Under the pieces are notes generated by a model. That model was not told the DNA's origin. It saw nothing but the letters and a program-made list of their open reading frames with translations, and searched no databases. The position numbers and the translations under genes are program-made. From an uncultured cyanobacterium (GTDB lineage Bacteria; Cyanobacteriota; Cyanobacteriia; Cyanobacteriales; Cyanobacteriaceae): a DNA stretch of 64,000 nt. Positions 20,084 through 30,328 of the stretch are shown here, piece after piece (within the stretch, counting starts at the first letter, position 1; every line of letters begins with the position of its first letter). The stretch spans positions 288,001 through 352,000 of the forward strand of contig CAVVOP010000008.1 in the NCBI GenBank assembly GCA_963749915.1, written 5' to 3'.

Positions 20084-21234
20084 CCCACATTCCGCACGTC
20101 AAACTGTATAAATTCAGATTACGAGGTTAGAGGTTGAACAGTGATTGACTACGACAAGAAATACTCAGTGATTAGTTCTCTAGCTTATAAAGAGAACTCA
20201 GATAAATTAGTAGAAAAATGAGCAACGTTTAAGGGATAATTAAATTCAGTTTTTAATTTAATTTTGGAAATGATATTTTCAGAAGATATACAAGTTCAAA
20301 CCATTAATCATTTAGGATTAATTGCTGGAGTTATAGATGAAATTGGGATTGAAGAAATTATTAACGATGCCCTCGGTATTGACGAGAGGGAAATCGTGAC
20401 AGCAGGTCAAATAGTCAAAGCAATTATTCTGAACGGATTAGGATTTATTTCTCGACCTCTTTATCTATTTCCACAGTTTTTTAAAGACAAAGCCACAGAA
20501 CATTTAATCGGAAAGTGAATTAAATAATCAAAAGAAAAAAACAAAAAAGAAAGAAGAAAAACTCGGAAAATTTTATCAAATTAGTGCTGTTTTAAAATCA
20601 GATTTAACCAAAATAACGGAATTTAAAAAAAGAGCAGGAAGATTTGTGTTAGCTACAAATAGATTGGATAAAAGTAAATTTAATTCTGATGAAATTTTAA
20701 TTAAGTATAAAGAGCAACAAGCCGCAGAAAGAGGTTTTAGTTTTCTGAAAGAGCCATTATTTTTTGCCGATAGTGTGTTTTTAAAAACCCCAAAAAGAAT
20801 CGAAACAATGTCAATGTTGATGGGGTTATGTCTGTTAGTATATTCTTTAGGGCAAAGAGAAATACGTCGCTTATTAAAAGAGAAAAAAATCGAAATAAAA
20901 AATCAATTAGGAAAACTAACGGAACGTCCGACGTTAAGATGGATATTTCAAAGTTTTCAAGGAATTCATTTAGTAATAAATAGAGGAAAAGAACAGATAG
21001 TAAATCTAACAAATGAACGAAAACTAATTTTAAGTTTTTTCCCAATTTCTTGTCATAATTATTATATTTTATCTGGATAACTTGATAACTTATTGGATTT
21101 AAGAGTCTAAATATTCTCAATTATAATACCATAAATAAAGAAGATATTGAGTATTATTACTTATATTTTGTCCAAAATAAGTTGCTTGGTTTTAATACTT
21201 TTATCATCTTACAAAGTGACCTGCGGAATGTGGG
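20084..21234 (+). mobile_element. IS1634-family element, internally deleted
   Basis: TIRs CCCACATTCCGCACGTCA / TGACCTGCGGAATGTGGG. N-terminal piece (INHLGLIAGVIDEIG, 20264..20518) and C-terminal piece (YKEQ..AERGFSFLK, 20646..21080); the middle is missing. Confidence 0.88.
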
Positions 21235-21269
21235 TTAATCCAAAAACTGGACAATTTTGGATAATAGAT

Positions 21270-21866
21270 TAGACCTCTTGCAAAATTGAATATCAGTTAA
21301 AATTAAGTGTCAAAATTTGTTAATGTAAGCGATCGCTTACTAGAAAAGTATAAGATTTGCTTATGAAATTAAAAAAAATAGAAAAATTACCACCAAAAAA
21401 GTTTAAGAGAAGGTTTGGAGTAACTAAAAAAACCTATGATTTATTAGTAGAAATAGTCAAAAAAGAAAAAACTAACGGCTGAAGAAAAAGCCAAGAATAG
21501 AGAAATAAATAAACAGAGAATTGTAATAGAACACGTAAATAGAAAGCTAAAAATATTTAAAATCTTGTCAGAACGTTATCGAAATAGAAGAAAAAGGTTC
21601 GGTTTAAGATTTAATTTAATTGCTGGCATTTATAATTATGAACTCCAAACAAAATCTATTTAACTATCTGAAAGTTTCCGATAATTATTATGGTTAATTT
21701 CTGATTTTTTTTCTATTAATAATTATTTTTTCTTGATTTTTGAGAATAACATAAGTATTTTTTATGCCTTAAGTCCTGATTCAACTAATTTTGACGATTT
21801 TTGTTTTTGGCGATCGCCCATTACAATTAGAATAATCATATTCATTTTATTTTTGCAAGAGTTCTA
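21270..21866 (+). mobile_element. IS5-like (ISL2-type) element, internally deleted
   Basis: TIRs TAGACCTCTTGCAAAA / TTTTGCAAGAGTTCTA. Pieces KFKRRFGVTKKTYD and RIVIEHVNRKLKIFKILSERYRNRRKRFGLRFNLIAGIYNYEL. Confidence 0.8.
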
Positions 21867-22059
21867 ATCTTGTCAATGTCGAAAAGCAAGAATTCAAAGA
21901 AACCATATTAATTGTGCAATTTTTGTGTGGTTAAGACTTAAACAAATAGCTTATTCAACGGGACAAACTGTTTATCAAATTAAACATGAATTACTTTCTA
22001 ATTATTTAAAAAAAGAATTAAAATCTCCTTCTATTAAAATGTCTTTTGCGTAAGTCCTG
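21867..22059 (+). pseudogene. IS701-like transposase C-terminal fragment and right end
   Basis: CQCRKARIQRNHINCAIFVWLRLK...YQIKH.LL..YL...L..P ending in TTTTGCGTAAGTCCTG. A further piece (NPKTGQFWIID) lies at 21235-21269, on the other side of the IS5-like insertion. Confidence 0.72.
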
Positions 22060-22115
22060 CTACAGCTAAATTAATTGTTATAGTTGATAGTGAAGTTGTA
22101 ATTAAAATTCACTAA

Positions 22116-24134
22116 TTGTCTATTCTCGAATCTCAGCCTATTTGGATTGTAGGCGATAGCTGTTGTGGTAAAACAACCCGTTTAGCCTCTCTGATGGTGA
22201 AATGGTTAGAAACATCATCTTTTCCTCAAAAGCCTTTAATTTTATGTGCCAATGGTGAAGGGAAAAAAATCCTGATAAATATACTCTTAAATTTGAATAG
22301 TAATAGTTATCAGACGAAAATAAGAACTCCTTTGGCATTGATGATGGAGGATGTGGTGCTTTTTTATCCCTTACTTTGTCAAGAACTAAATTTACCTTCA
22401 CAATTACCCCTCCGTTTGCGTTCAGAAACTGAACAGGAATTGGCGACTCAGCTATGGCAAACATCGTTGACCTCTGAATTGGTGGAGATATTTGGCGATG
22501 AATATAATTGTGTGCGGCGTATTTTAGATTTTTTGCAGTTAGCAACATCGGGAGGAATTTCTCCTGATAAAATTGGCCATCGCTTATTTCAATCTCACGT
22601 TATTAACACCAATAATAAAGAAAATATCACTAAATTAATTCAGCAATTAATTTTACAATGGCGTGAATGGTGTTTAGAAAGAGGTTTATTAAGCTATGGG
22701 TTGATTTATGAACTTTATGGACTTTATCTATTACCAAATCATCATTATCAATCTTATTTAAGGGATAATTATGAGGCTATTTTTGCTGATGATGTGGATG
22801 ATTATCCCGCCATTATGAAAGATCTGGGACAGAGGTTCTTAGAAGAGAAAAAATACGCTGCTTTTACTTATAATCAAAATGGCAAAATTTCTCTAGGTTT
22901 AAGTGCAGATCCTGAATATTTACAAAAATTAGCTATTTTTTGTCATCAAGAATCATTATTAATTAATCAGATAAATAGTTTAAGAGTTAAAGTAGAAATT
23001 CCTATTTTAGATATTATTAATCAGGGTTATTCCCAAGAAAAAATGTCCGATTATATTCAACATATTATTACTACTTCTAGGGGAGATTTATTAAATAAAA
23101 CCGCCGAATTTATTGTTAAATCCATTAAATCAGGGGAAATTCAAGCCGATGAAATAGCGATTATTGCACCTGGATTAGACGAAATTGCAAGACATACAAT
23201 TATTAATTATCTTGGAGATAACGATATTGAAGTTAAGCCGATAAATGAACAACGCCCATTAATTACATCTCCTTTGGTGCGTAGTATTCTCACCCTTTTA
23301 ATTTTACTATATGAGGGAAATGGTAGATTATTAGAAAAAGAAATGATCTCGGAAATGTTAGTCATTCTATCATGGGAAAATATTGATTTAGTGCGTGGTG
23401 GTTTATTAGCGGATTATTGTTATTTTCCTGATTTGCGATCGCCTAGTTTATTAGCAGTGGAATCTTTTTCTCGGTGGGATAGATTAACCCATCAAAGTTT
23501 AGAATCCTATAACCTAATTCGACAGTGGATTGATAACCATAAACAGAAAATCAACAACGGTCAAAATCATCTTTTGGCGGTAATTGATGACATTTTAGAG
23601 CATTTTTTTCTTAACATCGAGAATTTAAACTACAGTCAACTAAGCACTATTAGAGAATTTAGAGAAACTGCCCAACATTTTTGGGAAATACAAAAACGAT
23701 TAAAAAATCAAGATATTAACGATATACTAACTCAATTAATCGGTTTATTACGGAAAGGCACAATTACGGCTAACCCTTTACCGATGGCGATTATACCCCC
23801 TTTAGCCACCATCGAACCCAAAGCGGTGGCGATGTCATCTATCTACCAATATCGTTCCTGTCGTATTCATCACCGTTGGCAATTTTGGTTAGATGTAGGC
23901 AGTAATTATTGGAGTCAAAGTGGAGAATTATTAGCTTCACCCATCTTCTTAAAATCATGGCAACCTAGTCCTAACGCCCTCTCCGAGGATATAGAATCAG
24001 AAAATGAAAGAGTAACCAGAATAATACAAGATTTATTGGCGAGAGTAACAGAAAAAATCTTTCTCTGTTATAGTGAATTAGATGTCAAAGGTAGTGAACA
24101 AATAGGCAAATTATCCTCTTTGATTGATATATGA
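22116..24134 (+). CDS. Conserved cyanobacterial protein with degenerate UvrD/AddB-like P-loop helicase fold
   Basis: N-terminal G..CCGKTTRL, ADDVDDY (Walker-B-like), IAIIAPG and C-terminal L.RVTEKIFLCYS. Confidence 0.55.
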   Translation: MSILESQPIWIVGDSCCGKTTRLASLMVKWLETSSFPQKPLILCANGEGKKILINILLNLNSNSYQTKIRTPLALMMEDVVLFYPLLCQELNLPSQLPLRLRSETEQELATQLWQTSLTSELVEIFGDEYNCVRRILDFLQLATSGGISPDKIGHRLFQSHVINTNNKENITKLIQQLILQWREWCLERGLLSYGLIYELYGLYLLPNHHYQSYLRDNYEAIFADDVDDYPAIMKDLGQRFLEEKKYAAFTYNQNGKISLGLSADPEYLQKLAIFCHQESLLINQINSLRVKVEIPILDIINQGYSQEKMSDYIQHIITTSRGDLLNKTAEFIVKSIKSGEIQADEIAIIAPGLDEIARHTIINYLGDNDIEVKPINEQRPLITSPLVRSILTLLILLYEGNGRLLEKEMISEMLVILSWENIDLVRGGLLADYCYFPDLRSPSLLAVESFSRWDRLTHQSLESYNLIRQWIDNHKQKINNGQNHLLAVIDDILEHFFLNIENLNYSQLSTIREFRETAQHFWEIQKRLKNQDINDILTQLIGLLRKGTITANPLPMAIIPPLATIEPKAVAMSSIYQYRSCRIHHRWQFWLDVGSNYWSQSGELLASPIFLKSWQPSPNALSEDIESENERVTRIIQDLLARVTEKIFLCYSELDVKGSEQIGKLSSLIDI

Positions 24135-26597
24135 TTCTGTCTTCTCTGTGAACTTTTTTCTGCCTCCGAAAACAAATAGCCAAACCACGACGACAAACCA
24201 ATGAATTAAAACGATCACAAAAAGAGAACCAGTAAAATAATAAGCGATGGCACAAATAATACCTAACAAACCTGCCAAAGTAAGAAATACGGGTTGAAAG
24301 AAGGTGGGATTACCTGCTTTGTAAAAGGTAAGAGCACTTAAAGGATGATAAAGGATAAAAATAAAGACACTAATGACCGCCCAAATTAACCAACTAGAGG
24401 GCAAAGCCCTTTCTGTGGGATGGGGTAGCAAAAAAACCCTCATTAATATCTCTTCCCCTAAAGCGGGAAAAAAGAAGATCCTAATGCTACCCAGAATTCC
24501 TTGCTTAGTTAAGAATAAATTGGGAGTAAATAAAAGAAAATTAGTTTTAAAACCCAGAGGGATTGCGAAAGCACTATAGATTAGCAATAATATTCCGGTA
24601 ATTAACCAAGATTTCCCTGTTAAAGGGGCTAATAAAGAATTCACCAAACGAGCAAATAAGATGTTAACAACAGGATATTGACCAAATATAACTGTGGGAG
24701 CGACTGGTTCAATATTAGGGTCCTCTCCTCCTACTTGGTTAGTTCTTATAAACCAGAGGGATGCACCGTGATCGAGAAAAATGCGACTGATATCATCGTG
24801 ACCTTGTCGAGGTAACATGGTATTCCAGCTATCGATGGTATTCTTAAATGAGACTTGGTTGAATAAATTTCCATCTTTAATTCCAGCCAGATATTCCGCA
24901 TTGTCTTGCCAATCAGGACGAACAACTCCTCTGGGTGTTAAACTGTCTCGCAAGTCCATACCTAATTTAATAAATTCACTAAATTGTTTACTTTCATCAT
25001 CTTCAGGATTATTTGCGAACCATGCTTTTATTTCAGGATTCGCCAAAATTTGCAGTTTAAGCTGTTCAATAGCAATATAGAGGGCCTGATTTGAATCCTG
25101 AACACAGGAGGTTGCCGGAGTTATGGTTGACATCCCCGTTCCGTCACCAGTACGATACCTAGCTGTTATAACTTGAGCTTGTTTGAGTAATTCTCTGAGA
25201 AAATAAAAAGAATTCCCTTTAAATTCAATGGGTTCAGTAAAAGTGTCAAGTTTAATCATGACATCGGAAATAGGACGACTCCCTAACCATCCCCGTTGCA
25301 AATTGCCATTATATGCAGACCAATCCAGAGGACCTGAAATAATGGCATTAGGATTGTGTACATAAATTTGTTCATAAATAATTTCAAATTGTAACTCATG
25401 GGTAAAAGGATCGCGAATAACTTCTCCTAATCCATAGGCAAAATGTCCGGGAACAGTGCCAGCAAATACCGGATCTGGTATTTCTCCCCCAGTGCCTCCA
25501 AACAAGTGAATTACAAGGGTTTTATCTCCCTCTTGCCATTGATTAATCGCATTTTCCGAAGATGATGCCATTGGATTGAGCAAAACCGATTGAAAAGTTC
25601 CTTTGCGTTGAGGAGTATTTGCCCAGTTTTCATTTTTGATGTAATCAATGGCTTTTCCTTGGTCCAAAATTACTCCCTCAGGTTTTAGTTGCAATAAAGC
25701 TCTTGGTTTAAGGGATTGAACTGTAAAAATTCCTTGTTTATCTTTTGCTCCATAAATATACCATCCAGCTTTTCCGGCGGGAGAATTTGCCAAATTGCGG
25801 GAACTGGACATAAAACGCCCTTTATAATCCAAGGGTTGTTGAGGAATTCTGACCACTTCTTCTACTCCATCAAATTTACCTGTGCCTTGATTGTAGTGAC
25901 GTACTTGAAAATAATCACTAGGACAAGGTTTTTCCCCTGGACAGACTGGCGATTTTTGGTCAGGAAAAATTTCCCCTCCAGGGGCGACAATTTTAACCAA
26001 TCCATAAAATATTCCTGTCACTTGAATTGGCTCAAAATTCGTTAGCAGAATGGGGTTTTGCTGGTCATCTTTAGATAAAACAACGGATTCTAACCTTACA
26101 ATCATATCATTTTCAGGACGAGCACCCGCTAAAGATTGTAATGGACCAACCCGAGAACGCCCATCCAAACGGTTAGGAATCACATTTCCTTTACTTTCGT
26201 ACTCCTTCGCTTCTGGAGTGATATGGACATCCGTCGTAACGGCTTTTACATAAGATTCAGTGTAAGGAGTCTTATTCCAACCTAGTCGCACTTTTTCTCC
26301 AATTAAGGCTTCTGCTTCTGGGGGGGCATAGTATATTTCTATCCACACTGCATCTTGATTGTTGTCAAATAAAGGCTTTTTTGGCAAAATTAACCGTCCT
26401 ACCCAAGTTCCCGTTGGTTGATACAAAGACTTATCTACGGTTTGGCTTGCGGGATAATGAGTCAATTGATTAAATGAGACTTTTTGACTTAATTCATAAC
26501 TAGAAATAGTGTCCGCTTTAATGAACTGGGTCACTAAAAAGAAGATTAAAATAACCAAGAAAACAAGGGTAATTAAATTATTTTTGTAGTTAATCAT
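24111..26597 (-). CDS. CPBP/Abi (CAAX protease-like) family protein with large N-terminal soluble domain
   Basis: C-terminal TM region with EE..R, F..YH and H motifs (PALGEEILMR, FILYHP, LIHW); N-terminal signal/TM. Confidence 0.8.
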   Translation of the reverse strand: MINYKNNLITLVFLVILIFFLVTQFIKADTISSYELSQKVSFNQLTHYPASQTVDKSLYQPTGTWVGRLILPKKPLFDNNQDAVWIEIYYAPPEAEALIGEKVRLGWNKTPYTESYVKAVTTDVHITPEAKEYESKGNVIPNRLDGRSRVGPLQSLAGARPENDMIVRLESVVLSKDDQQNPILLTNFEPIQVTGIFYGLVKIVAPGGEIFPDQKSPVCPGEKPCPSDYFQVRHYNQGTGKFDGVEEVVRIPQQPLDYKGRFMSSSRNLANSPAGKAGWYIYGAKDKQGIFTVQSLKPRALLQLKPEGVILDQGKAIDYIKNENWANTPQRKGTFQSVLLNPMASSSENAINQWQEGDKTLVIHLFGGTGGEIPDPVFAGTVPGHFAYGLGEVIRDPFTHELQFEIIYEQIYVHNPNAIISGPLDWSAYNGNLQRGWLGSRPISDVMIKLDTFTEPIEFKGNSFYFLRELLKQAQVITARYRTGDGTGMSTITPATSCVQDSNQALYIAIEQLKLQILANPEIKAWFANNPEDDESKQFSEFIKLGMDLRDSLTPRGVVRPDWQDNAEYLAGIKDGNLFNQVSFKNTIDSWNTMLPRQGHDDISRIFLDHGASLWFIRTNQVGGEDPNIEPVAPTVIFGQYPVVNILFARLVNSLLAPLTGKSWLITGILLLIYSAFAIPLGFKTNFLLFTPNLFLTKQGILGSIRIFFFPALGEEILMRVFLLPHPTERALPSSWLIWAVISVFIFILYHPLSALTFYKAGNPTFFQPVFLTLAGLLGIICAIAYYFTGSLFVIVLIHWFVVVVWLFVFGGRKKFTEKTESYINQRG

Positions 26598-26649
26598 TGG
26601 CAAAAAATAGCTTTATTAAGTTTAAGAGACGAACAGACAACTACCTCAC

Positions 26650-26795
26650 CAATACTGCCAGGGATTTACCCGAAAACGACTCTCTGGAGGGTAATTTAGA
26701 ATTTACAATGTAGAATTTAAAATGTAGAATTAAACTGTTTCTTAATTCTTAATTTGCCTCACAACGTAAATTCTAGCCCTAACGGAGCAGTATTG
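26650..26795. mobile_element. IS4-type MITE with 10-bp target-site duplication
   Basis: Ends CAATACTGC ... GCAGTATTG, flanked by ACTACCTCAC (26640-26649) and ACTAGCTCAC (26796-26805), a 9/10 match. Confidence 0.75.
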
Positions 26796-26912
26796 ACTAG
26801 CTCACCATTTAACCACATTAATTTTTTGTGAAAAAAATAACTTGAACTTGCTAGGATCTACCCTCTTTTCCGCACATGAATTCACTTAAAATTTTAGATA
26901 ATTAATTATTTT

Positions 26913-26955
26913 TGTATCTTTATACACAGTTATCTCCTAGGGGGTTTGTTATGTT
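26913..26955 (+). promoter_or_regulatory. Putative NtcA-activated promoter
   Basis: TGTATCTTTATACACA (GTA-N8-CAC, TGT-N10-ACA), then exactly 22 nt to TATGTT (TA-N3-T -10 box), upstream of a nitrogen-scavenging gene. Confidence 0.55.
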
Positions 26956-26974
26956 ATATCCAACAAAAAAAGCA

Positions 26975-27098
26975 ATAAAGAAGGTTTCTAGGGTTCCGAT
27001 GTAAATACATGACTGGTCCGAGAGAAACGAGCTACTTACAATATTTTTTTTAGATAAGGATAAAGATAGCTACACGGAGGGAGAAAAGCCCGGGAGGA
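26975..27098 (+). promoter_or_regulatory. Guanidine-I (ykkC-yxkD) riboswitch
   Basis: Conserved blocks TTTCTAGGGTTCCG...GACTGGTCCGAGAGAAA and ACACGGAGGGAGAAAAGCCCGGGAGG, upstream of a guanidine hydrolase gene. Confidence 0.93.
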
Positions 27099-27134
27099 AG
27101 TGATGGTAATACTATCACTCTTCTGGGTTTTTTT
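27089..27134 (+). terminator. Riboswitch intrinsic terminator (expression platform)
   Basis: CCCGGGAGGAAGTGATGGTA-A-TACTATCACTCTTCTGGG followed by a T-run; overlaps the aptamer 3' end. Confidence 0.75.
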
Positions 27135-27169
27135 GTTGATCTATAAAACCAATTCAAGGAGAATATCAG

Positions 27170-27964
27170 ATGAGTAATCAACCAGAAAGCGAAGCTCAAA
27201 AAGCCCTGCAAAAGGAAAATCGACTATCCTTTACGGGGTGGCAACAGGAAGTACAAGACGGTTTAAACTATGGACTAGAAGCCGCTGACAGTATTAAAGA
27301 TCGGACTATTTCTACTTTCTCTCGTGGAGAATTACCCCATTATGCAGGTATCAACACTTTTCTAAAAGCACCCTATTTAGAGGATGTCAAAAAAGTGGGA
27401 GAATATGATGTGGCCATCGTCGGTGTTCCCCATGATTCTGGCACCACATACCGTCCTGGTACTCGTTTTGGGCCCCAAGGCATTCGTAAAATCAGTGCTT
27501 TATATACCCCCTATAACTTTGAGTTGGGGGTAGATTTAAGGGAACAAATCAAACTCTGTGATGTGGGTGATATATTTACCATCCCGGCAAATAATGAAAA
27601 ATCTTTTGACCAAATTTCCAAAGGCATTGCCCATATTTTCAAATCTGGGGCATTCCCCATCGTTTTAGGAGGAGATCATTCCATCGGCTTTCCTACTGTA
27701 AGAGGGGTTTGTCGTCATTTAGGAGATAAGAAAATCGGGATCATTCATTTCGATCGCCATGTAGATACCCAAGAAACAGATTTAGACGAGAGAATGCATA
27801 CTTGTCCTTGGTTTCACGCCACCAATATGAAAAACGCCCCTGCCAAAAATCTTGTGCAGTTAGGCATTGGCGGTTGGCAAGTGCCTCGTCAGGGAGTCAA
27901 GGTCTGCCGTGAAAGGGCGACGAATATTCTCACCGTTACCGATATTACGGAAATGGGCTTAGAT
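27170..27964 (+). pseudogene. gdmH: Guanidine hydrolase (agmatinase/ureohydrolase family), truncated by IS1634
   Basis: GVPHD..TYRPGTRFGP, GGDHS, HFDRHVD and ERMHTCPWFHA motifs. Native sequence stops at TEMGLD (265 aa), where the IS end CCCACATTCCGCA begins. Confidence 0.85.
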
Positions 27965-29175
27965 CCCACATTCCGCACGTCACTTTGTAAGATGATAAAA
28001 GTATTAAAACCAAGCAACTTATTTTGGACAAAATATAAGTAATAATACTCAATATCTTCTTTATTTATGGTATTATAATTGAGAATGTTTAGACTCTTAA
28101 ATCCCATAAGTTATCCAGATAAAATATAATAATTATGACAAGAAATCGGGAAAAAACTTAAAATTAGTTTTCGTTCATTTGTTAGATTTACTATCTGTTT
28201 TATTCCTTGATTTATTACTAAATGAATCCCCTGAAAACATTGAAATATCAATCTTAACGTTGGACGTTCCGTTAGTTTTCCTAGCTGATTTTTTATCCCC
28301 GTTTTTCTCTCCTCTAATAAGCGACGCACTTCTCTTTGCCCCAAAGAATATACTAACAGACATAACCCCAAAAACACATTGATATTGTTTCGATTCTTTT
28401 TGGGGTTTTTAAAAACACACTATCGGCAAAAAATAATGGCTCTTTCAGAAAACTAAAACCTCTTTCTGCGGCTTGTTGCTCTTTATACTTAATTAAAATC
28501 TCATCGGAACTAAATTTACTTTTATCTAATCTATTTGTCGCTAACACAAATCTTCCTACTCTTTTTTTGATTCGTTTATTTTAGTTAAATCTGATTTCAA
28601 AATAGCCGTAACTTGATAAGTTTTTCCCGATTTTTCTTCCTTCTTTTTCGATTTTTTCTTGTGATTATTTAACTCACTTTCTGTAATTTTTATATCTGTT
28701 ATGTGATGATATTTTAAAGTCTTATTCAGTCTCAAAATCTATCATTGATTTGTATTCTTTCGCTATTTTGCCGAAAACTGCTTTATCATTTTCATTGCCA
28801 TCTGCTACTCTTAAAAATAAAGGAATATCACCATCACTACTCACAATTAAATCCAAAATAAATTGTTTTAAATCTGGTCTATGGTCACGGGAATAACCTT
28901 TAATTATCTTAATTGGAATTTGATTAATTAACTCTAATTCTGCATTTTCTTTCACCAAGTTTTTGGTGATTTTTTCTTGACTATATTTCCCCTCTACTGC
29001 AAAAGATGTTGAATCCAAATGGGAAAAATTGATGTTGATGTCATATTTTTTTACTGTGGCTAAAGCAATGATTAAAAATAATGGAGATAATCCTTTCTCA
29101 TAAAGTTGATCCATTATTCTTCCAATTCTGTCATCATTCAAATGCGCTGGAAGTATTCCTTTCCCAATTAAATGA
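27965..29175 (-). mobile_element. IS1634-family remnant (right end, frameshifted C-terminus, internal fragment)
   Basis: End CCCACATTCCGCACGTCA; near-identical to the reverse complement of 20520-21234. Fragments 28111..28547 and 28722..29175 (HLDSTSF, GYSRDHRPDLKQF). Left end absent. Confidence 0.88.
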
Positions 29176-29255
29176 ATTCCCGATGAATTCCCAGTGATGT
29201 CCAGAAACATTTAACTTGGAGCTCAAACCTCAGTATCATTTCAGCACTCCACCAC

Positions 29256-29358
29256 TAGTGGTCTGTCAAGATAGTTTTGAGGGAATGTTTAGGATAATTT
29301 TGGATTTTAGATTTTGGAGAATCCTGCTATCCCTCATTTCAAAATTGATAGACCACTA
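29256..29358. mobile_element. MITE family A, copy 2
   Basis: TAGTGGTCTGTCAA ... TTGATAGACCACTA with CTAG at both junctions; three ATTTTRG units. Confidence 0.85.
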
Positions 29359-29408
29359 GTTTAAACTCCTTGTTAAGGAATATTGCCCATGGCTAGACAA
29401 TTTATTTT

Positions 29409-30299
29409 TTAACGGCGACGACCGCCGAAACTTCTTCTGCCGAAACTTCTTCTGACAGGGGCAGTACGACGATAGCCACTATTTCTATTACTACCGAAAC
29501 TTTTACTACTAGGTTGTCGGGCTTTATTTGATGTACTATTAGTTTTAAGATTACTAGATCCTACTCCTGATCCTGTTCCTTTGGTACTATTGGCGTTAAC
29601 CCTATTAATGCTATTACCTGAACTGTTTTTGATCGTACCTGTTGTGCGGATAGATTGACGATTTTTCTCCACTGAGGGTACAGCATTGTTATTAGTACGA
29701 TAGTTCTGGACTGCTTGATCATAACTATTGCCAACACCGCCAAAACCTGTTAAATTACCGCCTGAACGATACACCGGTGGAACATAATATTGCGGTCTAA
29801 ATAACATACTACCCAATGCTTGTCCTGCTAATGCACCGGCAAAGGGACTCCAGAAGTTTGATTGTTGTCTAACAACTACGGTTTCTTGTCGCCCTGTTTG
29901 AGCATTCGTAACGGTTTCGGTTTCATTGTGTATATACTCAATGCGGAAGTCTTCCGTAAGGTGCATAACTGCTTCGTTACCGTTAATTTCTACAAAAGTT
30001 TGTTGTCCATTTTTAATTTCTTCATCGGTTAACCTTGCCATTTGTAGGTTAGTTGTCCGAAAAACAGGGCTATTTCCTGGGGGAGTATTTAATAACATGA
30101 GGGTATATTCGCCGTCAACATCGTTAAAGGTAGCCTGTTGTACGGGATATTGTCCACTAGCTATATTATTTTTAGGAATGCTAGCATTATTAGTTAAAGT
30201 GGCGGGATTATTTGTATTTACACTATTAGAAGAACCACAAGCAACAGTACCAAAACTGAGGATTATGGTTAAAAAAATAGCTACAATTGGTTTCAACAT
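29409..30299 (-). CDS. Conserved hypothetical lipoprotein with Ser/Gly/Arg-rich tail
   Basis: Lipobox GTVAC; FWSPFAGALAGQALGSMLF segment; SFGRR tail. Confidence 0.7.
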   Translation of the reverse strand: MLKPIVAIFLTIILSFGTVACGSSNSVNTNNPATLTNNASIPKNNIASGQYPVQQATFNDVDGEYTLMLLNTPPGNSPVFRTTNLQMARLTDEEIKNGQQTFVEINGNEAVMHLTEDFRIEYIHNETETVTNAQTGRQETVVVRQQSNFWSPFAGALAGQALGSMLFRPQYYVPPVYRSGGNLTGFGGVGNSYDQAVQNYRTNNNAVPSVEKNRQSIRTTGTIKNSSGNSINRVNANSTKGTGSGVGSSNLKTNSTSNKARQPSSKSFGSNRNSGYRRTAPVRRSFGRRSFGGRRR

Positions 30300-30328
30300 T
30301 ATTCGCTTTATTTTCAAATTTGTTAATT

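Noticed and set aside
24111..26597. 'Abi' CPBP protein as an anti-phage abortive-infection gene
   Set aside because: The Abi label for CPBP proteases is historical and does not imply defence; nothing in the local context supports it.
27965..28042. C-terminal 25 aa of the 290-aa 'agmatinase' ORF
   Set aside because: Derived from the IS1634 terminal sequence, not from the native gene.
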